The position numbers and the translations under genes were made by a program. A DNA stretch of 48,055 nt. It comes from Candidatus Omnitrophota bacterium (GTDB lineage Bacteria > Omnitrophota > Gorgyraeia > Gygaellales > JBFMBJ01). The DNA lies in contig JBFMBJ010000001.1 in the NCBI GenBank assembly GCA_040755235.1, positions 1 through 48,055 on the forward strand, read 5' to 3'. This document shows positions 16,338-22,753 of this stretch, piece after piece; within the stretch, counting starts at the first letter, position 1, and each line of letters begins with the position of its first letter. The notes below the pieces were generated by a model, which was not told the origin of the DNA, searched no databases, and saw only the letters and a program-made list of their open reading frames with translations.

Positions 16338-16595
16338 ATGCATTATATTTATTTGTTAAAAAGCGAGAAAGACAACTATATTTATATTGGCAATACCAAT
16401 GATTTAGAAAGAAGATTGGTTGAGCATAATAGCGCTAACAATACAGCTACTAAGAAGCATAGACCTTTTAAATTAGTTTATTACGAAGCTTATTTAGATA
16501 AGAGGGATGCTTTAGATAGAGAAAATAAATTAAAACATCACGGAAGCGTTATTGGACATCTGAAGAAACGATTAAAATATAGTTTATCTTGTTAA
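16338..16595 (+). CDS. Small stand-alone GIY-YIG (URI-domain) nuclease family protein
   Basis: HYIYLLKSEKDNYIYIGNTNDLERRLVEHNS. SD ggagg at 16328-16332. The ORF-track start (TTG 16299) only adds a translation of the left IR arm. Confidence 0.85.
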   Translation: MHYIYLLKSEKDNYIYIGNTNDLERRLVEHNSANNTATKKHRPFKLVYYEAYLDKRDALDRENKLKHHGSVIGHLKKRLKYSLSC

Positions 16596-16600
16596 ATTTC

Positions 16601-16615
16601 GCCAAAAGGGCGGGA
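16601..16615. repeat. Right arm of the perfect 15-bp inverted repeat around the GIY-YIG gene
   Basis: gccaaaagggcggga, 5 nt after the TAA stop. Confidence 0.95.
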
Positions 16616-16628
16616 TTAATTCGTAGAC

Positions 16629-16685
16629 GCTCCGACATAGCGTCGGAGCTACAATTTACGAAAGCAATAGCGAATCGTAAATTGT
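16629..16685 (+). other. Two adjacent perfect hairpins (8-bp stem with 5-nt loop; 11-bp stem with 13-nt loop)
   Basis: gctccgac-atagc-gtcggagc (16629-16649) and acaatttacga-N13-tcgtaaattgt (16651-16685). There is no U-tract, so they are not classical terminators. Confidence 0.6.
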
Positions 16686-16707
16686 CTACTCATTAAGGGG
16701 GTGTCAA

Positions 16708-18543
16708 ATGAACAAAATAAAAGTTTTTAGTGGTTGCTTGTTTGTTTTATTGTTAAGTGTTTTTATTGGTACGGTAAATGCACAGGATACTGCAGTAAGG
16801 ACTGCGCCGGCTAATGTGCAGGAGAGAACTGCAGTCAGGACTCCTACAGCCACTTCACAAACCAGCACTGCTGTCAGGACCTCTCCGGTCACTCCGCAAG
16901 CATATACTGCTGAGAGGGATATTCCGATTAGTTCGCAAATTGAAAGCAGTATTAGAACTTTCTACGTAGATGGATTATCTGGGAGTGATACTACAGGCAA
17001 CGGTTCATCTTCTAAACCTTGGAAAACTATTAAATTTGCTGTAAACAAACTTGCGCCAGGTGATGTGCTTTCTATTATGGGAGGTATATACAAAGAGCGC
17101 ATAACTATTACAAAAAGTGGGAGCGATACGGGTCGGATTACTATTGGTGCTTTCGGCAATGGAGAAGTTATTATTGATTGCTCTCCGAAGATCGGAGAAT
17201 GGACGCCATACACCGAAACTACAATCAAAGGAATTTATAAAGCAACCTGTTCCTTTAAGCCCACTGCTGTAGTTGTGAACGAACAGCCAATTTTTCCTGC
17301 CTTTTCTCTCACTGATATTAAAGAAAATGAATGGTATTACAATGCCACTTTAAAGATTATTTATCTTTATCCCAAAGCAGGGATTATACCTACGAATTCC
17401 AATGTCGGCGTGATTTCTGATGACCAGTATAGCGACGGGATACTTATTAATAATGCTCATTACATCACTCTTTATGGCCTGACAGTTCGATATGCAGGAG
17501 GAAGAGGAATATCTATTTTAGGAAATTACACTGAAATCAGGAGATGTAATGTGAAATTTAACGGCCATACCGGTATAAACATTTTTGCTTACGGAACTAC
17601 AAGATCTACTGACACTATTGTAGCAGACAATAATATCTATCACAATTTTTTAAGGAACTGGCCGCGCGGACGTTATAAATGGGGCGGTTGGGGAGGCGGC
17701 GCAATTAGTCACGGAACGCCTAAAACACAATATATTAATAATGTTTCACATAAAAATGGTGGAGAGGGACTGCTTGCCTATCGCGGAAGCGCTGGTGGGA
17801 CTGTTTGGAAAAATAACATTGTCTATGATAACTGGAGCGTTAATATTTACATAGATAATCAACCAAATGGCCTAATCGATGGAAATATAATTTTTAGCAG
17901 CGAGCCGGACACACACGATTTGTACCATAATGGTGATACAAATCCAGGAGATAATAGTAATTTAAAACGACTAAGGCCCCAGGGAATTATGACCGCCGAT
18001 GAAAAATACGGCGTAACTCCAACCGCAACTTTAAATAATGTGCGCATTATCAATAATACTATTGTTAATTGCCGAAAGGGTATTGACCACTATGCAAGCG
18101 CGCCTGGGTCTGGTTTGAAAAATGTTTATGTAGGTAATAACACTATAGTCGTTCCCAACGCTACCTCAATTGGAGAACCTTTTAGTGGGTTAAAAGTACC
18201 TTACAATAGTGGTAATAACCTGAACGTGGTTTTTGAGAATAATCGCATATACGCCACCAATGCAAGCGCATATCTGCTATATCTGGGAACTGATCCGAAA
18301 GTTACAACAGTATCTGCCATGACTCTTAAGGATTTAACTTTTAAGGGCAACACTTGGTATCACGCAACGCGGCCAAAGGCTTTTCACGTTGGTCCGACTT
18401 ACCATACAACTTATGATTTTGATTTTAATGGTTGGCACAATATTTGTAAAACTAACTGCATAGCCGATGTGTATAAAAATATCGCTACGCTGATTCAGCC
18501 GATATTAGACAGGATAGCATCAATTAAAGCAACTTATAAATAG
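16708..18543 (+). CDS. Secreted right-handed parallel beta-helix protein (pectate-lyase fold; polysaccharide lyase/hydrolase-like)
   Basis: Signal peptide LLLSVFIGTVNA, TAVRT-type low-complexity repeats, then beta-helix turns (RCNVKFNGHTGINIF, DNNIYHN, NNIVYDNWSVNIYIDN, NNTIVNC). Confidence 0.7.
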   Translation: MNKIKVFSGCLFVLLLSVFIGTVNAQDTAVRTAPANVQERTAVRTPTATSQTSTAVRTSPVTPQAYTAERDIPISSQIESSIRTFYVDGLSGSDTTGNGSSSKPWKTIKFAVNKLAPGDVLSIMGGIYKERITITKSGSDTGRITIGAFGNGEVIIDCSPKIGEWTPYTETTIKGIYKATCSFKPTAVVVNEQPIFPAFSLTDIKENEWYYNATLKIIYLYPKAGIIPTNSNVGVISDDQYSDGILINNAHYITLYGLTVRYAGGRGISILGNYTEIRRCNVKFNGHTGINIFAYGTTRSTDTIVADNNIYHNFLRNWPRGRYKWGGWGGGAISHGTPKTQYINNVSHKNGGEGLLAYRGSAGGTVWKNNIVYDNWSVNIYIDNQPNGLIDGNIIFSSEPDTHDLYHNGDTNPGDNSNLKRLRPQGIMTADEKYGVTPTATLNNVRIINNTIVNCRKGIDHYASAPGSGLKNVYVGNNTIVVPNATSIGEPFSGLKVPYNSGNNLNVVFENNRIYATNASAYLLYLGTDPKVTTVSAMTLKDLTFKGNTWYHATRPKAFHVGPTYHTTYDFDFNGWHNICKTNCIADVYKNIATLIQPILDRIASIKATYK

Positions 18544-18578
18544 GGCGTCACAGCCGCCTGTCGTGTACTACTTCACAA

Positions 18579-18636
18579 TTATGGCAACGTTTTTAGGTTA
18601 CGGTTAGGATGCCAGTTTCGTGGTTGGGTTACGTCT
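18579..18636. repeat. Inverted copy of flank B
   Basis: ttatggcaacgtttttaggttacggttaggatgccagtttcgtggttgggttacgtct is the reverse complement of 14983-15040 at 54/58 positions. Confidence 0.9.
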
Positions 18637-18715
18637 TTCGTATTGAGAAAAATTATTCTAACTGCATTAATTTCAAGAATGTTGATTGCTTTTAAGCTTT
18701 ATATTTTTTCACGTA
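18637..18715 (-). pseudogene. Decayed remnant of a four-helix-bundle gene (about 20 N-terminal codons with a stop, the rest deleted)
   Basis: The minus strand reads gtgaaaaaatataaagcttaaaagcaatcaacattcttgaaattaatgcag. This aligns with the 5' end of 14589 (atggaaaataaaaaacgaataacaagttttaaagatttagaagtataccag). It sits between the inverted copies of flanks A and B. Confidence 0.55.
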
Positions 18716-18763
18716 GCCGTTACCTTAAACCGATACCGGCTTCGTTACCCTTGCCGTTACCGA
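18716..18763. repeat. Inverted copy of flank A
   Basis: gccgttaccttaaaccgataccggcttcgttacccttgccgttaccga is the reverse complement of 14535-14581, with a few mismatches and a 1-nt indel. Confidence 0.85.
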
Positions 18764-18891
18764 AATACTGAAGAACTACACTTCGGCAGGCAAGTTCCGC
18801 CCTTGATTGCAGAGATTAATAAAAACAGATTACTACGATTAAAACTAGAGAATGTAATCTCTGGAATCTTATGAAAAATCACTGTAATCAT

Positions 18892-19596
18892 ATGTTAAAA
18901 ATCTTAATGTATCATTCTGTCGGTTCGCTGAACTTAAGCGAAGTCGGCACAGAGCTTTATTCTGTCTCTGAAGAGAACTTCCGTCAGCAAATGAATTTTT
19001 TGCGCAATGCGCACGACGCAATACACAATACGCTAATAACCTTCGATGACGGCCTCCTCGACAACTACACAACTGCTTTTCCGATTCTTAAGGAGTTTGA
19101 CATTAAAGCATATTTTTTTATTCTAACTTCTAAGGTCAGGGAAGAGGGGTACATGAATTGGGAACAGATTAAGGAGTTGCATAATGCAGGCATGACAATT
19201 GGTTCACACGGGATGACGCACAGACTTTTAACTGAATTAAGCGAGAATGAATTATATTATGAATTATCCCAGTCTAAGAAAATACTTGAAGATAATTTAA
19301 GCCAACCTGTTGAGAATTTTTCAATTCCCAGAGGATTTTGTAATAAAAGAATAGAAGAAGCAGCAAAGAAAATTGGCTACAAAGCAATTTTTACTTCTAA
19401 TATCAAGGATAACAATGGGTTTAGAATCGGCAGAATCCCGGTAAAACGCGATTGGGATCTTAATCATTTTAAAAGTGTTTTGAATAATGGACTGTCTCCA
19501 AGAGAAAAAGTGGAGGAATTTGTTAAGCGTATAAGCAAGGAATTCCTCGGCGCAAGGGTTTACGATAAGATTAGGAGTAGGATTCTTAGTAGATAA
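18892..19596 (+). CDS. Polysaccharide deacetylase (NodB homology domain)
   Basis: ILMYHSV, ITFDDGLLDNY, GSHGMTH. The start was moved to ATG 18892 because the 7 upstream codons translate a repeat. Confidence 0.8.
   Translation: MLKILMYHSVGSLNLSEVGTELYSVSEENFRQQMNFLRNAHDAIHNTLITFDDGLLDNYTTAFPILKEFDIKAYFFILTSKVREEGYMNWEQIKELHNAGMTIGSHGMTHRLLTELSENELYYELSQSKKILEDNLSQPVENFSIPRGFCNKRIEEAAKKIGYKAIFTSNIKDNNGFRIGRIPVKRDWDLNHFKSVLNNGLSPREKVEEFVKRISKEFLGARVYDKIRSRILSR
19002..19033. repeat. In-frame copy of the GCGCAATRCGCACGACGCA...CAATACG dispersed repeat
   Basis: 27/32 identical to the intergenic copy at 23597-23628. It encodes RNAHDAIHNTL. The same AHDAI peptide is encoded at 11236-11256 in a GT4. 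Confidence 0.8.
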
Positions 19597-19598
19597 GA

Positions 19599-19646
19599 GT
19601 CATAAGTAGTCATAAGGTAGTCATACAATGGTCATAAATTGTCATA
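19599..19646. repeat. GTCATA array (left flank of the toxin-antitoxin cassette)
   Basis: GTCATA at 19599, 19609, 19620, 19631 and 19641 (10-11 nt phasing). It is visibly alignable with 12909-12945. Confidence 0.9.
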
Positions 19647-19711
19647 CGATTGTATGAGGCGAGCGTTACATAAATTCAGACTCGATATCTTAAAAATCCT
19701 TACTTTCGTCC

Positions 19712-19740
19712 TTGACGATTTCCTTACTTTGTGCTATACT
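19712..19740 (+). promoter_or_regulatory. Sigma-70-type promoter of the AbrB/toxin pair
   Basis: TTGACG (19712-19717), 17-nt spacer, TATACT (19735-19740). tccttacttt is directly repeated at 19697 and 19721 and is a possible operator. Confidence 0.6.
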
Positions 19741-19761
19741 TGTTACTGGAGGTGAACAAAG

Positions 19762-20022
19762 ATGACAATTACAATGACAGCAAAGAATCAAATAACCATA
19801 CCTAAGAAGATCACAAATGCTTTGGGCTTAGGGAAGGGGTCTATGTTCGAGGTAGAGGTCTCTAGAGATGGGATAGAGCTTATTCCTCTGGAGACAAAAG
19901 AAAGGCAGTTCACAGATGAGGAATACGTGAAATTAGAGACCCTTGCAGCCAAAGAAAAGGGGAAAGAAAAACATGTAACAAAAAGGTTCATCGATAATTT
20001 AAAAAAGGGAAAATCTAATTAA
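19762..20022 (+). CDS. AbrB/MazE/SpoVT-family antitoxin
   Basis: MTAKNQITIPKKITNALGLGKGSMFEVEV (swapped-hairpin motif). It overlaps the downstream gene by 1 nt (TAATG). Confidence 0.75.
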   Translation: MTITMTAKNQITIPKKITNALGLGKGSMFEVEVSRDGIELIPLETKERQFTDEEYVKLETLAAKEKGKEKHVTKRFIDNLKKGKSN

Positions 20023-20330
20023 TGTCTTTACGCCTTTATTACAGGCCTTCTTTTAAAAGAAGCATCAAGCGTTTAGGATATGAACAGAAGAAAACAGTAG
20101 GACTGATAATTGAATCTTTAGCTGTTTATTATTCTCGTGAGTGTAATCTGCTAGAGGCACAAAAGATAGCACCACGATTTTTTTATAAACAACTAAGAAA
20201 GCCCTATTATGAAGCCGGTATCGAAGGAACCATCCGAGTGATTATAAGACGAGAGGGTGAAAATTGTATTGTAGTATTAGCCGGGAATCATGACCAAATA
20301 AAACAATTTCTGGCCAGCGTACAGTGTTGA
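20022..20330 (+). CDS. Putative type II toxin (RelE/ParE-like small basic protein)
   Basis: Size, position after the AbrB antitoxin and translational coupling support the call. YRPSFKRSIKRLGYEQKKTVGLIIESL resembles RelE/ParE N-termini. The family assignment is tentative. Confidence 0.5.
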   Translation: MSLRLYYRPSFKRSIKRLGYEQKKTVGLIIESLAVYYSRECNLLEAQKIAPRFFYKQLRKPYYEAGIEGTIRVIIRREGENCIVVLAGNHDQIKQFLASVQC

Positions 20331-20373
20331 AGAAGTACTGCCAAAGGATAAAATAACCCCTCAGAAATCTCCC

Positions 20374-20412
20374 CATGACAATCTTGTGACAACAATATGA
20401 CAACCTTATGAC
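20374..20412. repeat. (C/T)ATGAC array (right flank of the toxin-antitoxin cassette)
   Basis: catgaca at 20374, tgtgac at 20385, tatgac at 20396 and 20407 (11-nt phasing). It is alignable with 13381-13417. Confidence 0.85.
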
Positions 20413-20421
20413 AATATATCG

Positions 20422-21537
20422 ATGAAAGTTCTCTTTTACATTTCTCTCGCAACCATTCTCTACACCTACATCGGCTATCCTTTAACCATATATTTGTTAA
20501 GTTTGGTTATAAATAAGCCGGTTAAGAAAGGTGAGATCTACCCGGCTGTTTCTATGCTAATTGCTGCTTATAATGAAGAAAAATATATTGAGGAGAAAAT
20601 TGAATCAATTTTAGCGCTGGATTATCCTACGGAAAAAATTGAAATCTTGATTGGTTCAGACGGCTCTGTTGATAAAACCGATGAAATAGTATCAAAGTTT
20701 GTAAACAATCGCTTAAGCCTTTTTCGGCAACAGATAAGAGAGGGGAAGCCGTTGGTATTAAATTCTTTGGTATCCCATGCTAAAAACGAAATATTAGTTT
20801 TTTCCGACGCGAGGCAAAGATTGGATAAAAATTGCCTGAAGCATTTAGTAGTTAACTTTAGCGATAAGACCATTGGATCGGTGAGTGCGCAATTAATTTT
20901 CCAGGATGATGGAGGAAATAAAGGGATAGGACTATATTGGAATTATGAAAAATTTATCCGTAATAGTGAATCGAAATTAGCTTCAATGTTAGGCGCAACA
21001 GGTGCTTTATATGCAATCAGGAAAGAATTGTTCACCTTACTGCCTGAAAACTTAATTTTAGATGACGTTTATATTCCTTTAAAAGTTGTCGAGAAAAATT
21101 ATCGAGCAATTTTTGAGCCCAGGGCAATAATTTATGACCATATTGCGGAAAGTCCTAAAGGCGAGTTTTTGAGAAAAGTTAGAACCTTGGCTGGTAATTT
21201 TCAAATTTTCGGCCTTCTAAAAGGCCTGTTTAACCCTTTTAAAAGCTCGGTTGCTTTTCAGCTCTTTTCACATAAGTTTTTGCGGCTTACGGTGCCTTAT
21301 TTATTAGTCTGTCTTTTTATATCTAATATATTTATTTTGAATAATGCCTTTTTAAAAACTTTCTTTTATTTACAGGTTATTTTTTATTCCTTAGCTTTTT
21401 TCGGAATATTTATAAAACGCACCAGTAAACTGATAGATATCGCTAATATGTTTTGCGTAATGAACTGGGCAGCTGTGGTTGGATTATATGGATTTTTAAC
21501 TCATAAACAGGAAGTGGCGTGGGAGAAAACGAGTTAG
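20422..21537 (+). CDS. Membrane-anchored family 2 glycosyltransferase (processive-synthase-like)
   Basis: N-terminal TM segment, SMLIAAYNEEKYIEEKIESILALDYP...GSDGSVDKT, VFSDARQ, and C-terminal TM helices. Confidence 0.8.
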   Translation: MKVLFYISLATILYTYIGYPLTIYLLSLVINKPVKKGEIYPAVSMLIAAYNEEKYIEEKIESILALDYPTEKIEILIGSDGSVDKTDEIVSKFVNNRLSLFRQQIREGKPLVLNSLVSHAKNEILVFSDARQRLDKNCLKHLVVNFSDKTIGSVSAQLIFQDDGGNKGIGLYWNYEKFIRNSESKLASMLGATGALYAIRKELFTLLPENLILDDVYIPLKVVEKNYRAIFEPRAIIYDHIAESPKGEFLRKVRTLAGNFQIFGLLKGLFNPFKSSVAFQLFSHKFLRLTVPYLLVCLFISNIFILNNAFLKTFFYLQVIFYSLAFFGIFIKRTSKLIDIANMFCVMNWAAVVGLYGFLTHKQEVAWEKTS

Positions 21538-21571
21538 GAACGAGGGACGAGAGGCGATGGACGAAAGGCGG
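21526..21571. repeat. ACGAG-type octamer-like array straddling the GT2 stop
   Basis: aaacgagttaggaacgagggacgagaggcgatggacgaaaggcgg. It shares the aacgagtt unit with 10993-11030 and 13945-13982. Confidence 0.7.
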
Positions 21572-21760
21572 AAAACAAAATGCCTGACTATCTTACTAAA
21601 ATAGAGTATACTCCAATTTAGTAATACCAATTTGGAGTTTAATCTGGATAAAAAATCTGAAAAGAATACTTGATATAAAGCTTCCCCGGCGACAATCAGC
21701 GTTTTTATAGGGAGATAGAAAGAGAATCGACATCATATAAACTTTAATGGCAAAATTTTC

Positions 21761-21794
21761 TTGACAAAATAATCCCTTATGGTAATTTATTACC
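21761..21794 (+). promoter_or_regulatory. Possible sigma-70 promoter with an overlapping palindrome upstream of the MNT/HEPN pair
   Basis: TTGACA (21761-21766), 16-nt spacer, TAATTT. GGTAAT-TT-ATTACC palindrome at 21781-21794. Confidence 0.35.
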
Positions 21795-21811
21795 ATAAAC
21801 ATGGTGAAAAC

Positions 21812-22357
21812 ATGATATCTTTACGTTCAAAAGTGGCAATAAAATTACTGGATTATTATTTCCTTAATCCTGATGCTAAACATTATATCAATGAATTGGC
21901 GAGGACTTTAGACCTTGATCCTAAAAATACCGAAACTAAGCTTAAGGAATTCGAAAAAAAAGGCATTTTTAAAAGTGAATTCCGCGGTAAAGAAAGGTAT
22001 TTTTTCTTAGCAAAGGATAGCCCCGTTTTAGAGCATTACCGCCAGATTTTCCTGAAGACTTATGGTATAGAGAAGAGGCTTAAAGATACGCTACGAGGTA
22101 TTAAGGGACTTAAGGAGGCATATCTATTTGGCTCATACGCAACCAATAAGATGGATTTTTCAAGCGATATTGATATCTTGGCCATCGGTTCGCACTCTGT
22201 TTTGGAATTACAGAGGATGATTGTTAAGTTACAGAAGGATACAGACAGAGAAGTCAATGTAATGAATTTAAGCCTCAAGGAATTTGAGGTAAAGAAAAAA
22301 AAGAAAGACCCTTTTATAACCAATGTCTTTAAAACCAAGACTATAAGGATCGTATGA
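21812..22357 (+). CDS. Nucleotidyltransferase (MNT-type) with an N-terminal winged-helix domain
   Basis: HYINELARTL... wHTH-like N-terminus. AYLFGSYATNKMDFSSDIDILAIG is the G[SG]-x(n)-DxD NTase motif. The start was moved to ATG 21812. Confidence 0.75.
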   Translation: MISLRSKVAIKLLDYYFLNPDAKHYINELARTLDLDPKNTETKLKEFEKKGIFKSEFRGKERYFFLAKDSPVLEHYRQIFLKTYGIEKRLKDTLRGIKGLKEAYLFGSYATNKMDFSSDIDILAIGSHSVLELQRMIVKLQKDTDREVNVMNLSLKEFEVKKKKKDPFITNVFKTKTIRIV

Positions 22358-22751
22358 TTAATTTTGAAAGTCAATACTTTCAAAAATTGGCATTTCATTT
22401 AAAGAAAAACAAATTGAACAATTCTTAAAGTCTGCCTTACATGACATTAAGATTGCCGAAACATCTGATATTCCGGATGTTATTTTTAAATTCAGTTATG
22501 ATGCTTTGTTAAAATTAGGCATTGCGTTAATTGCAAAGAAGGGTTATAGAGTGAGAAGCGCAACAGGCCATCATATTAAGATATTAGAGAAACTTAGTCA
22601 GATACTTAAAGAAGAAGATATTATTGTTCTTGGCAATAAGATGCGTCAGGAACGCAATATTAATCTTTATGATGGCGGCTTTGTAGTAGGGGAAAAAGAC
22701 ATCCGGGAGTATCTAATTTTTGTAAAAAGTATTTTCAAAAAAGGTAATTGA
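22354..22751 (+). CDS. HEPN-domain protein, reading frame broken near the 5' end (-1 shift at an A5 run)
   Basis: ATG 22354 overlaps the MNT stop (ATGA) and reads MINFESQYFQK. The HEPN-like sequence IGISFKEKQIEQFLKSALHDIKIAE...GHHIKILEKL continues in the -1 frame from 22386. That frame has no ATG/GTG/TTG before 22506. Confidence 0.55.
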
Positions 22752-22753
22752 AA

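Noticed and set aside
16780-16890. TAVRT-encoding repeats at the N-terminus of the beta-helix protein as another mobile repeat
   Set aside because: They look like an ordinary low-complexity linker after the signal peptide. No copy was seen elsewhere in the window.
18686-19072. ORFs 18686-18874 (+) and 18869-19072 (-)
   Set aside because: The first is a translation of the inverted flank A' and the spacer. The second is antisense to the deacetylase 5' end across the dispersed repeat. Neither has a motif.
549-20412. Short-motif arrays as a CRISPR array
   Set aside because: The units are 6-12 nt, degenerate and contiguous or 10-21 nt apart, with no unique spacers of CRISPR size. No cas genes are present.
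12899-20412. Cassettes as integron gene cassettes with attC sites
   Set aside because: No intI-like recombinase was seen. Each cargo has two arms rather than one attC, the arms lack the GTTRRRY core pattern, and the TA cargo carries its own promoter.
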